Positions 30,701 through 40,419 of a stretch of 64,000 nt of DNA are shown one piece after another. How positions within the stretch are numbered: the first letter of the stretch is position 1; each line of letters begins with the position of its first letter. Below the pieces are notes generated by a model. The model worked only from the letters and a program-made list of their open reading frames with translations, was not told where the DNA came from and searched no databases. This stretch comes from Thermodesulfobacteriota bacterium (GTDB taxonomy: Bacteria; Desulfobacterota_D; UBA1144; Nemesobacterales; Mycalebacteriaceae), in assembly GCA_965226585.1 (NCBI GenBank), contig OZ245366.1, positions 1,319,423 through 1,383,422 of the forward strand, written 5' to 3'. Made by a program: the position numbers and the translations under genes.

Positions 30701-33700
30701 TCAAAAACTGTAATTAACCCCGCCTCTGAACTCTTGCACAAAAGTATCAAAACTCGCGCTCATTCCGCCATCGTAATCAATCCTTACACTCAATTCCCGC
30801 AGAGGAGCATAAGGCGTGTATTCAAAACCCGCGCCGTAGTTGAACATTATCCGGTCCTGCCCGCCGCTTCGGGGAACATTACCGTCAGCAAGAGTCGCCT
30901 CAAGTTCCGCCTCAGGGTTCAAGATGTGTATGTCCGCACCTGCGCGAATTCTCATATTTACCGTCTCACTCAAAGGCGAACGCGCCTCAAATGACGGACT
31001 TACATATACCAGTATCTCGCTTGTGTCTTTTACTTTGAAAGCGTCAGCTATTGCCTCAGGAGTGTTTGTTAAGGAAGTCTCATCAAACGCCCCCGCTGTT
31101 ACATAAGACGCTCCAATCTCTATACGGGGAAACAACGCAAAAGTGCCGGACAAAAACGGCATTGCCGCGCCAAGCGCGCCGCCGAATACTGTTGCGTTTG
31201 TGTCCGCAGTGTAACGGTTATCTCCCGCAGTGCGGGTTGATTCCCAACTCGTAGAAACATACTGAAACCTGCCGTCAACCATGTATCTGTCCACTATTGT
31301 GGAAGCGAAAATGCCGCCCATAAATCTTGTTGCCTCTCCGCTTGCGTCTGCTCTGCCTTCATCAGTCATCACATCCATATCAAGGTTTGATATTTCATAA
31401 CCGCCAGCCACCGAAACAAGAATGCTGTTAAACGGCGCGGAAACGCCGCCGGTGAAGGTATAGACATCTTCGTCATAGTTAATCGCTGAAGAATAACGTG
31501 TGTACCTTCCGCCCGATGTTGCCCACACGCAACCAGTCCAGAAATCTCCGTCTATTTCATCACTTGCCGCAGAGCCGTAACCGCAACCGCTTGAAAGTTT
31601 TGTGGCAAAACTCCTGTCTGCGCGGTAAGCGGATTGTATGAGAGAATCATAAATATCTAAACTGGCATCTTTCAGCGACATTGCCGTCAGGAAAAGGTTG
31701 CCGTCTCCATCAGTCTGAACACTTCCCCTTTCGCCTATTCCCGCATTCAGACGCTCTACAACTTCCTGCCTTTCTTCGCCTTCGGGCAGGTCGTCCGCTT
31801 CAAAAATTGTGTATTCCGTTATATGCGCTCCGGGAACATCAACTTCAACATTGAAACCTTTTACATCTTCCGCAGTTATCTCGCCTTCAATATCTATGAG
31901 CGGTTTGCCTGTCATCTCTTCGGGGTCTGCCAAGACAACAAGGGTTGAATTTTCTCCAAAGGTTATTTTTTCCAGTCCCGCAAATCCGCCTGTGTCTTGA
32001 ATTACGATTGTGCCTTCGTTTATGAAATGGTCATCGCCATCGCCAAAGTTAATGGTTGCCCGTTCCGGCTCCCGCTCAGGCGCGGCGGCGGATAGGCGGA
32101 AGCGGCTGTCGCCGCTTGCTGACCCCTCCCCCGTCATTCCTGCCTCCCCCGTCATTCCTGCGGAAGCAGGAATCCAGTATTGGTTAGCCAGTTGAATACT
32201 GGATTCCGTGTCAGGCACGGAATGACGGGAGGGCGCGGAATGACGGGAAGGGGAGGATGCGGAATGACGGGAAGGCGCGGACGAATGACGGGCGGGCGTA
32301 GAAAGCCCCTCAACTTCGTCATCGTCACCGTATATGACCATACCCGCGCCGTTTATTATGCCGGAGTTCTCGACAATATCATCGCCGTCTCCCGTGTCAA
32401 AATCGCCGGTAAGCGTCATAACTCCCGTTTCTTCGTTGTAGAGTTCGTCATTGCCATCGCCCATGGTGCCGCTTCCGGTGAATATGCCTCTGTTCTCGAA
32501 AAAGTCATCGCCGTCTCCCATGTCAAAAGAGCCGCCGGTAGTTGTGATAACTCCCGATTCTTTGTTGCTAACAATATCGTGAGAATCGCTCAGTTGAATA
32601 TTTCCGACTATCGTTCCCATATTGTTCAGAGTAGCGTGTAAGTCCTTCCTACCTAAACTGCTCCCGTCATCGTCTAAACGCAAGGCATCCACCCTGTTCG
32701 CGGCTGTAACCACACACTCGTTACGAAATTCCACGCCGCCGCACAAAAGACCGCCCTCATAAATTTCCACAACAGTTCCCTGATAAGACGAACTGCCGCT
32801 TCTCAAATATGCCGCCACAGAGTTCATCCCGGAGGCATACACACTCGCGCTTCTGTGGATGTAGAGTGTTGCATTGCCCGTGCCGCTGGAAGATTCTCCC
32901 TTGGAAAGCAGGATGGTTGTGCTGTCCGCTCCGGTTGTGTACACACGCGATTCGGCTATGTTCGCAACAGAAGCTCTCTTGGGCGCGTTAATATTCACCG
33001 CCACACTGTTCACACCATTTGTGAACACACCAGACGAACTGCTAATAGAAACAGTTGAGTTCGCGCTTTCCGCGCTCCCTTCCCCTATCCATATCGCGTG
33101 GCTGTCATTTGCCGCCGTGTACACCCGCGCCCCGGCGGATACTTGTATGTAGGAATCCCCGGTAGTGCTGTTAAAAGATATGGCGTTGCTTTCCGCCCCG
33201 TTCGCAAACACTCTGGAAAAATCGTGAACCGTTATATGTCCAACCGCCTCCGTATCTACGATTATGGCACTGCCCGCTTTTGTGGTGAACACGGTTGATG
33301 ACTGGTTGACTATTATTTGCGTTTTATCGTTGTTTATTCTGTCGTCAAGGTAGCTCAAATAAGGACGCTCTTCCAGACCGTTTGCGTAGATTGCCGCGCT
33401 TCCCGCGCCGTTTGCCCACACATGAGACTGATTACCGACAGTTATAAGTTGGTCTCTGCTACTAACATTGCCGTAGATTGTGCGCGACCCGTCTCCCTGC
33501 GACCACACGTTTGAGCCGTTGATTTCAATTCCCACAAACCGGTGGGAATCCCCCCACAGCGCGCGTCCGTCTTGCCCCGTTGCCCAAACCCTTGAGCCGT
33601 TGGCAATCACAATATAAGAATCGGTTGTTAATGATGATGTTGTCTTTGTCCTTATGCCGTATCCGTCTCTGCCCGTAGTTTTGATGTTTGAACCGCTGAC

Positions 33701-34600
33701 AACAACATTGCCTCCTCCCGCTCCCAGCATATTCATAAAGACTGCCGATGAACGTGTAGGCGAGGTAGTTCGTGTGGAATTTTCAAAGATGTCTGAATCG
33801 CTAATTTCCACATAGGTTCTGCCAGCCCCCGTTGTCCGCGTCCTGATGGTGTTTGAGTCCCGGCTTGAACTTCGTTCGCCAGTCCACATTTTTGACGAGC
33901 TGACCTTCAAGGTAATCGCGTTGGCTCCGGCGTCTGAGTTTGACGAGAAGGCAAAAATTGCCGAACTGTCGGACTTTCCCGCCCATATTGTTGAGCCGTT
34001 TATGCTGACCGCAACACTGCCGCCTCCGGCATTGGCAACAACCGCGTTTGAGTCCGCCCCGTCCGCCCATATATGCGAGCCGTTTATTTCAATGTCTATA
34101 TTCTCGCTGTCGCCCGCGCTGCTGAAATGAGCGATGTTCGCATATCTGGGTACTATGCGCGCGCCTATTTGCGAGTTGTGAATGGCAACAGACATTGCCG
34201 CAGGGGTCGCCGTTTCCGCCCACACCGCGCCCGCTCTCTGTCCGCCGTTTGCCCACACATTCAGGTTGCGGAGTTCAAGCGCGGGGCTGTCTGTCCTGAT
34301 AGTGTTGACACTGCCGCCAACAGACCATATTTCCATCGTCTCGCCTTCCGCCGCGAGGATTGAGAGTTTGTCGGCGCCTTCAGACCATATTGCCGAACTG
34401 CTCGCCCCGCTTGCCCATATTTTTGAGGGACCCCGCACGATGAAAGAAACATTGCCGCCCGTGCTTTCCAAGCCAATCGTTATGCTTTGCGCGTAAGAGT
34501 CGCCCGGCGCGGGGAGGGCGAAAAGAAGAGCCAACAGAATAATGGCGATTGATTTTTTAGGCATTTTTTCAGTTGGCGCACAATGTTTTTTGTCCGTCAT
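30701..34600 (-). CDS. Autotransporter-like outer-membrane protein, paralog E, 1299 aa, with an in-frame insertion derived from the intergenic repeat.
   Basis: Signal peptide ...KKSIAIILLALLFALPAPGDSYAQ. The barrel ends ...EFRGGVNYSF. Bases 32120-32300 are a copy of the intergenic repeat, translated in frame as ...SRHSVPDTESSIQLANQYWIPASAGMTGE.... Confidence 0.85.
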   Translation of the reverse strand: MTDKKHCAPTEKMPKKSIAIILLALLFALPAPGDSYAQSITIGLESTGGNVSFIVRGPSKIWASGASSSAIWSEGADKLSILAAEGETMEIWSVGGSVNTIRTDSPALELRNLNVWANGGQRAGAVWAETATPAAMSVAIHNSQIGARIVPRYANIAHFSSAGDSENIDIEINGSHIWADGADSNAVVANAGGGSVAVSINGSTIWAGKSDSSAIFAFSSNSDAGANAITLKVSSSKMWTGERSSSRDSNTIRTRTTGAGRTYVEISDSDIFENSTRTTSPTRSSAVFMNMLGAGGGNVVVSGSNIKTTGRDGYGIRTKTTSSLTTDSYIVIANGSRVWATGQDGRALWGDSHRFVGIEINGSNVWSQGDGSRTIYGNVSSRDQLITVGNQSHVWANGAGSAAIYANGLEERPYLSYLDDRINNDKTQIIVNQSSTVFTTKAGSAIIVDTEAVGHITVHDFSRVFANGAESNAISFNSTTGDSYIQVSAGARVYTAANDSHAIWIGEGSAESANSTVSISSSSGVFTNGVNSVAVNINAPKRASVANIAESRVYTTGADSTTILLSKGESSSGTGNATLYIHRSASVYASGMNSVAAYLRSGSSSYQGTVVEIYEGGLLCGGVEFRNECVVTAANRVDALRLDDDGSSLGRKDLHATLNNMGTIVGNIQLSDSHDIVSNKESGVITTTGGSFDMGDGDDFFENRGIFTGSGTMGDGNDELYNEETGVMTLTGDFDTGDGDDIVENSGIINGAGMVIYGDDDEVEGLSTPARHSSAPSRHSASSPSRHSAPSRHSVPDTESSIQLANQYWIPASAGMTGEAGMTGEGSASGDSRFRLSAAAPEREPERATINFGDGDDHFINEGTIVIQDTGGFAGLEKITFGENSTLVVLADPEEMTGKPLIDIEGEITAEDVKGFNVEVDVPGAHITEYTIFEADDLPEGEERQEVVERLNAGIGERGSVQTDGDGNLFLTAMSLKDASLDIYDSLIQSAYRADRSFATKLSSGCGYGSAASDEIDGDFWTGCVWATSGGRYTRYSSAINYDEDVYTFTGGVSAPFNSILVSVAGGYEISNLDMDVMTDEGRADASGEATRFMGGIFASTIVDRYMVDGRFQYVSTSWESTRTAGDNRYTADTNATVFGGALGAAMPFLSGTFALFPRIEIGASYVTAGAFDETSLTNTPEAIADAFKVKDTSEILVYVSPSFEARSPLSETVNMRIRAGADIHILNPEAELEATLADGNVPRSGGQDRIMFNYGAGFEYTPYAPLRELSVRIDYDGGMSASFDTFVQEFRGGVNYSF
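32120..32300. mobile_element. Intergenic-type palindromic repeat element inserted in frame inside paralog E, in the passenger/β-domain linker. It behaves like a Rickettsia RPE or a MITE.
   Basis: The coding sequence contains ccccgtcattcctgcggaagcaggaatccagtattggttagccagttgaatactggattccgtgtcaggcacggaatgacggg. The equivalent site in paralog A (window ~860-960) has no insertion. Confidence 0.8.
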
Positions 34601-34662
34601 TCCAATACTGGATTCCTGCTTCCGCAGGAATGACGGGAAAAGGCAATGGAATGACAGGGCAC

Positions 34663-37600
34663 CTAAAACGCCAATCCAAATCTTGCGCTGAACCTTTGTG
34701 TCAATGTATCAAGCCCCGCGCCAACACCTCCGCCATACTCAACCCGCAAACTGACACCGCTTCCGGGCGTAACCTCAAGCCCCGCGCCGTATTTAACCAT
34801 CACCCGCTCAAAATTGCCGTCAGCAAAAACAGGGTCGGGGTCTGCGGGGGTGCTTTCGGGGGAACCGCCGCTCCACTTTGTTTCAGGGTCTGTAATGTGC
34901 GCTTCCGCTCCCAAACTCATCCAAATATTTACCGAATCCCCCGCCGGAGCATACGCCTTTACGGACGGGCTTATGACTAAATATGTCTCCCCCGCCTTGT
35001 CAACCGAAATGGCGGAATCTCCCGCGCTTTTCTCACCGAAACTGTCAGCAGACACCCGTGTAACCGCCGCTTCAACTCTGGGGACAACCATAAACACGCC
35101 GCCGGGAACAATCGGCATTTCCGCCCCCACAGCCGCAGACCATGTTGATATGTCGGTTTTCGCGTTGTAGAAAGCGGACGACCTTACCGCAGTTGACTCC
35201 CATACCGCTTTGGCAAACTGCGTTCTCGCGTCCGTAATAATTCCGTCCCAAATCTCACCCGCCACCGCGATACCCGCCATAAACCGCTCGGCAACGGCGT
35301 TTGTGTCCGCCCCGATTTCAAAATCCGATGTCTCATATCCCGCCGCTATTGAAATGGCGGACTTTCCGGAGGGTATTGTGAAACCGCCTGAAAATACATA
35401 AGCGTCTTCGCCGTATTTGGCGTTGTCTGCGTTTTGGCGTGTGTATCTGCCGTCTGTGTCCGCCCACACACAGCCGCCGCTCAAGTCCTGAGTTTCCGCC
35501 CCGCCGCCGCCGTAGCAACCGCCGCGCAGTTTTTCAGAGAAGGCATTGTCCGCATAATAGGCGGATTGCAGTATCGCGTCATAGTTTCGCAGGTAATCCA
35601 TGTGTTCCCGTGTTACAAGGGTGATGAATATATTGCCGTCCGCAGACATCCGGGCGTTTTCGCCTTCGCCGAGCCCTTCTCTTATCATGCCGAGAATGGC
35701 TTGCCTTTCCGCTTCGCCATCGGGAATGGCGTTTTCGCTGAACATGGCGAATTCGGCGGAATGTCTTGCGGGGTTGTCAAACTCTATGCTTATGCCTTTT
35801 ATGTCTTCCGCCGTTATCTCGCCTTCAAGGTTGATGAGGGGTTTGTCGTTCATTTCCCCGGGGCTTGCGGAGACAACAAGGGTTGAGTTTTCGCCGAAAG
35901 TTATTGTGTCCAGTCCGTTAAAGCCGCCCGCGCTTGTGATGGTTATTGTGCCGTTGTTTATAAAGTGGTCTGTGCCGGAGCCGAAGTCTATACCCGTGGT
36001 TGGCGCGGGTGGAGGCGAGGCGGAAAGGCGGAAACGGCTGTCGCCGCTTGCTGACGGGGTAATACTGGATTCCGTGTCAGGCACGGAATGACGGGAGGGG
36101 GAGGATGCGGATGCGATACGCATGGAGCCGCCGCCGTCTCCCTCTGTTGATACCGTGCCTCCAAGTATTTGCGAGCTGTCATAGGTTACGCTCGCGCCGT
36201 CTTTGTTGACGAAAGTGTCATCACCGGCTCCCATGTCAAAATCTCCGGTGAGGGTGAAGGTTCCTTTGTTTTCAACTCTGTCATCGCCGCCGCCGGTTGT
36301 GCCGCTTCCGGTGAATGTGCCGTTGTTGTAGAAAACATCGCGGGTTTCTGAAAGCGAAATTTTCCCCACGATACTGCCGCCGGTGGATCTGGTTGTTATC
36401 TTTGTGCTGGCGGTCGCCCCGTCTGCCGTCTCAAAACGCACGGCGTACACATCCGCGCCGCCCTCGGTGCAGGTTGCTCCCGCAAATACGCCGCCGCACA
36501 CGGTCGCGTCTCTGGCAACGGTTAGAGCCATTGAGCCGTTGATGTTTTTGAAAGACACCGCCGAACTGTTTGAGCCGTTCACCCACGCCTTTGAGCCGGC
36601 CGAGGCTAACTCAAAATCCACATATCCGTCCACATCCGCTTTCACCGCCGTGCTGTTCGCCTCCTCAGCCCAGAAAGTTGATACGCCGTTTGATATAAAG
36701 ATTATGTTTGTCCCCTCAATCGCGGAAAACGCCGCGCTGTTCACGCCCTTTGTGAAAATCTCAGAAACAGCCGGGACCCCGTCCGCTTGAGTGAGGGAAA
36801 TCAGAGTCGTGCTGTTCACGCCGCCAGTTACAAGCGGAACCTCATCTGTTTGGGAGTAGGAAATCAGAATCGCGCTGTTCACGCCGTTAATCCCAATCGC
36901 CGTGCTGTCCGCCCCTTCCGTCCACACCTTCGCGCCACTTACAGCCGCCGTCAGTGTCAACCCCGAAACCGAAATCGCCGTGCTGTTCGCGCCGTTCGTG
37001 AAAACGGACGAACCCATATACATAGCCCCTTCACCGCCGATGGACATACGCACCGCCGTGCTGTTTGCCCCTTCCGTGTAAATGCTTGAGTTTTGACTGA
37101 GAGTCGCGCTTACAAAACTGCCGAATTCCGAAGATGAGACCGAAACTGCCGTGCTGTCCGCGCCGTTTGTGAAAACCGTTCCGCCGTACCAAATGTCCAC
37201 TCTTGCCGTTCCGCTATCCGTTTCCGCCAGAATCGCCGCCCCGTTATCCCCGTCTGTCCACACAGTCGCGTAGTCCGGGAAAAACCGCCAAAAAAGCCCC
37301 TGCCCGTCTATGGGGAAGTTTATTACAACTTGCGCGTTTCCTTCACCAGACCGCGCCTTTGCCGCCGAACTGTCCGCGCCGTTTGCCCATACTTCGGCGG
37401 TAACGGTGTAACCGAGAATATTGATGAACGCGTTTTCGTCCCCCGCCACATCAATAGTCGCGGTGTTATCGCCTTCCGACCACACTGTTGCGAATGTGCT
37501 GACAATCGCATTGGCATCTCCCGCGTCCGCCCTTGCGTGGATAACGGGGGAGTTGGGCGCGTTTGTCCACACCTGCCCCACAGAACCGCTGAGCGTTATG

Positions 37601-40407
37601 TTTCCCCGCGCGCTTTTTGCCCTTATTGCGGGGCTGTTATCGCCGTCCGTCCAAATGCTGATTCCAAAGGATATTTCTATGTCTCCCGATACGCTGTTTG
37701 CCGTTATTATCGGGCTGTCCGCTCCGTTTGCAGATGCGATTGCGGCGTTTATGAATATGTCTCCGCTTCCGCTGTTTGCCACTATCGCGGAGGTGCCCGC
37801 GCCATTTGCCCGGACTTCGCCGCTGCTAATGAGGTCGCCAAATCTGCTTGTTTCAGCAAGAATGTCCAGAACAGTTTTGCCGCTTCCGCCTTCCAGAGAG
37901 ATGGCTCTGCCGCCGGGTGTGTCCGCCCGGACGATGGCGTTATCAATCTGAACGGTTATGCCGCCGCTTTGCGATCTTGCCTCAATCGCTGAACTTCCCG
38001 CGCCGTTTGCCCACACACTCGCGCCGTCATTGATATAGACCGTTGTTCCTTTTACTGTTGAAGAGCTGTCACCTGTTGTCCAAACCTGTCCACCGCCGGA
38101 AATATTCAAAGTTGCCGTAACTATCGCGCTGCTTGTCGCCCCGTTGCTCCACACTTTCGCGCCATTGACTGTTACGGAGGTTGTTGCCGTAACTGTGTTG
38201 CTTGTGTCGCCGCTAGACCACACATTCGCGCCGTTCCAGATATTGACAACCGGAGCCACTACGGTGTCGCTTGTGCCGCCTTCCGTCCAGACTTGAGTGT
38301 TTGTACTGTTGACTTCTGCTCTTATTCTCGCAGTAACCACCTGACTTCCCGCTCCGTTTGCCCAAACTTTCACGCCGTCATTGATATATGCCAGTGCTCC
38401 GTCTTTTACTGTTTGAACGCCGCCAACTGTTGTCCAAACCTCTCCGTCGCCATCCGCTGATGTGATGTTGGCAATTATTCTGCTTCTCGCCGCAACCGCC
38501 GAACTGCCCGCGCCTTCCGCCCAAACCTTTCCACCGCCGGAAATATTCAAAGTTTCCATAACTATTGCGTTGCTTGTAGCGCCGTTGCTCCAGACATTCG
38601 CGCCATTGACTGTTACGAAGGTTATTGCCCTAATCGCGTTGCTTGTGTCGCCGTTAGCCCAAACATTCGCGCCGTTCCAAATATTGGCAATCTGACCACC
38701 ATCTATGGTGGTTCCTGTGTCGCCTTCCGTCCAGACCTGAGTGCCTGTGCCGTTGACTGTTGCTGCTACAGCCGGTACTCCTGGCATCGTTATCACCGCA
38801 ACCGCCAAACTTCCCGCGCCGTTTGCCCACACTTTCACGCCGTCATTAATAAGTACCTCTGTTCCTTCTACTGTGTGAACTCCGGTGAGCGTTGTCCAAA
38901 CCTGTCCCGTTGCGTCATCCGCCACTATGTTGACCGTTCCCGAAACTCCCGCAGAAAGCGCCTGACTTCTCGCGCCGTTTGCCCAAACTTTTCCACCGCC
39001 GGAAACATTCAAAGTTTCCGTAACTATAGAGTTGCTTGTGTCGCCTTCCGTCCACACTTCAGAGCCGTTGACCACAACAGTTGTTGCTGAAATGGCGTTG
39101 GCTGTCGCTCCGGTAGCACGCACTTTTGAGGCGTTCCACACATTCACCGCGCCAGTTGTTGCTGAGATTGTGGCGGCTCCCGTTTTGTTCGTCCACACAT
39201 CCGCGCCGCTGACATCAACATCACCGGTCGCCAAAATCGCGAAATCCGAATCATTGCCGCCAATATCTGCGCCCACAACATTCACCGTTGACGCATTAAT
39301 TGCCGCAAATCCGCCTTCCGTCCAGACGGAAAGACCGTTATCTTCTCCCGCCACTACTGACAGGATTCCCGTGGTTGACGCTTCAATGGCAATACTTCCG
39401 GCTTCATCCGCCCACAAAACTGAACCGCCGTTTCCGCCTATGTTTATGTCTCCGCCGCTTGTGGATGTTGCTATAATGCCGTTTCCACCTTCACGGGTCT
39501 CGCCCTTTCCGCCTCTCCCATAGACGACTCCGTTTGCGAGAGCGAGGTCAATATTTCCGCTAACCGTGTTGGCTATGATGCCGTCTTTACCGACTATACA
39601 GGAGACGGCGTTCGCAACTGTTATGTCTATGCCTGCCGAACCTCCCGTTTCTGCCGCCAAACCGTAAGAGGCTCCCACGGATGAGGCGATTATTGCCGCG
39701 CTGTCTGTAATTTCAACTGTTATGGCGCCGCTTGTGGATGTGAGTGTCGCGCCTCTTGTGTCTGAAAGTTCGTCCCGCTTTGCCCTATAGGTAATCATGT
39801 GAATGAACGTATTTTCGCCTGCAAGCGTAAGGTCAATGCTTCCGCTTGTTGTGTTTGCTATAAGGCCGTTCGTGCCGTTTTGATCTGAAAGGAGTAATCC
39901 GCCAGTGGATAAGTTCACGTTCACGCTTCCGCTTGCGGATGTTGCTATAATGCCGTTTCCGCCGGTTCCCCCGATTTTAACTCTTGAGATGTTGTGAATG
40001 TCTATATCCACATCGCCCGTTCCGGCTGTGATGGTAACAACGTTTCCATCGCTTCCGCTTTTGGTGGTGTACGACTCATCATCGGTTCGGAAGGTAGCGT
40101 CAGTCGCGCCGCCGATAACTACTGTGTCTCCGCCTGTTTGGGTTGTTGTAACATTTGCACCGTAAGAGGTAAGGGTGGCAGACCCTGCGGTGGAGTTGAC
40201 TGTAACAACGGGGTTGTTCGTAACCACGGAAGGCACACCTGCTGAGATGTTAAGCGCGGCGTCTTCTGTTGCGGAGGTACAATCAATTGCGGTTGCGGTT
40301 GCCGGGTTCACATCGCCGCAACTCGTTTGCGCATGGGAGTCTTGCGGCGCAAAAGCAAATAGAATTGCGAACAAAAAGATGAGGGTTAGTTTTCTATTAT
40401 TGGGCAT
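34663..40407 (-). CDS. Giant autotransporter-like surface protein, paralog F, 1914 aa.
   Basis: Signal peptide MPNNRKLTLIFLFAILFAFAPQDSHAQ. It has a class-I N-terminal passenger. A half repeat element sits at 36058-36110. The β-domain is B-type and ends ...RFSARFGLAF. It starts 12 bp after the G stop. Confidence 0.85.
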   Translation of the reverse strand: MPNNRKLTLIFLFAILFAFAPQDSHAQTSCGDVNPATATAIDCTSATEDAALNISAGVPSVVTNNPVVTVNSTAGSATLTSYGANVTTTQTGGDTVVIGGATDATFRTDDESYTTKSGSDGNVVTITAGTGDVDIDIHNISRVKIGGTGGNGIIATSASGSVNVNLSTGGLLLSDQNGTNGLIANTTSGSIDLTLAGENTFIHMITYRAKRDELSDTRGATLTSTSGAITVEITDSAAIIASSVGASYGLAAETGGSAGIDITVANAVSCIVGKDGIIANTVSGNIDLALANGVVYGRGGKGETREGGNGIIATSTSGGDINIGGNGGSVLWADEAGSIAIEASTTGILSVVAGEDNGLSVWTEGGFAAINASTVNVVGADIGGNDSDFAILATGDVDVSGADVWTNKTGAATISATTGAVNVWNASKVRATGATANAISATTVVVNGSEVWTEGDTSNSIVTETLNVSGGGKVWANGARSQALSAGVSGTVNIVADDATGQVWTTLTGVHTVEGTEVLINDGVKVWANGAGSLAVAVITMPGVPAVAATVNGTGTQVWTEGDTGTTIDGGQIANIWNGANVWANGDTSNAIRAITFVTVNGANVWSNGATSNAIVMETLNISGGGKVWAEGAGSSAVAARSRIIANITSADGDGEVWTTVGGVQTVKDGALAYINDGVKVWANGAGSQVVTARIRAEVNSTNTQVWTEGGTSDTVVAPVVNIWNGANVWSSGDTSNTVTATTSVTVNGAKVWSNGATSSAIVTATLNISGGGQVWTTGDSSSTVKGTTVYINDGASVWANGAGSSAIEARSQSGGITVQIDNAIVRADTPGGRAISLEGGSGKTVLDILAETSRFGDLISSGEVRANGAGTSAIVANSGSGDIFINAAIASANGADSPIITANSVSGDIEISFGISIWTDGDNSPAIRAKSARGNITLSGSVGQVWTNAPNSPVIHARADAGDANAIVSTFATVWSEGDNTATIDVAGDENAFINILGYTVTAEVWANGADSSAAKARSGEGNAQVVINFPIDGQGLFWRFFPDYATVWTDGDNGAAILAETDSGTARVDIWYGGTVFTNGADSTAVSVSSSEFGSFVSATLSQNSSIYTEGANSTAVRMSIGGEGAMYMGSSVFTNGANSTAISVSGLTLTAAVSGAKVWTEGADSTAIGINGVNSAILISYSQTDEVPLVTGGVNSTTLISLTQADGVPAVSEIFTKGVNSAAFSAIEGTNIIFISNGVSTFWAEEANSTAVKADVDGYVDFELASAGSKAWVNGSNSSAVSFKNINGSMALTVARDATVCGGVFAGATCTEGGADVYAVRFETADGATASTKITTRSTGGSIVGKISLSETRDVFYNNGTFTGSGTTGGGDDRVENKGTFTLTGDFDMGAGDDTFVNKDGASVTYDSSQILGGTVSTEGDGGGSMRIASASSPSRHSVPDTESSITPSASGDSRFRLSASPPPAPTTGIDFGSGTDHFINNGTITITSAGGFNGLDTITFGENSTLVVSASPGEMNDKPLINLEGEITAEDIKGISIEFDNPARHSAEFAMFSENAIPDGEAERQAILGMIREGLGEGENARMSADGNIFITLVTREHMDYLRNYDAILQSAYYADNAFSEKLRGGCYGGGGAETQDLSGGCVWADTDGRYTRQNADNAKYGEDAYVFSGGFTIPSGKSAISIAAGYETSDFEIGADTNAVAERFMAGIAVAGEIWDGIITDARTQFAKAVWESTAVRSSAFYNAKTDISTWSAAVGAEMPIVPGGVFMVVPRVEAAVTRVSADSFGEKSAGDSAISVDKAGETYLVISPSVKAYAPAGDSVNIWMSLGAEAHITDPETKWSGGSPESTPADPDPVFADGNFERVMVKYGAGLEVTPGSGVSLRVEYGGGVGAGLDTLTQRFSARFGLAF
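36058..36110. repeat. Half copy of the palindromic repeat element, in frame within paralog F.
   Basis: The sequence aatactggattccgtgtcaggcacggaatgacgggagg encodes ...SRHSVPDTESSI.... It lies at the same linker position as the full insertions in E and H. Confidence 0.7.
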
Positions 40408-40419
40408 AACTTGGAGTTG

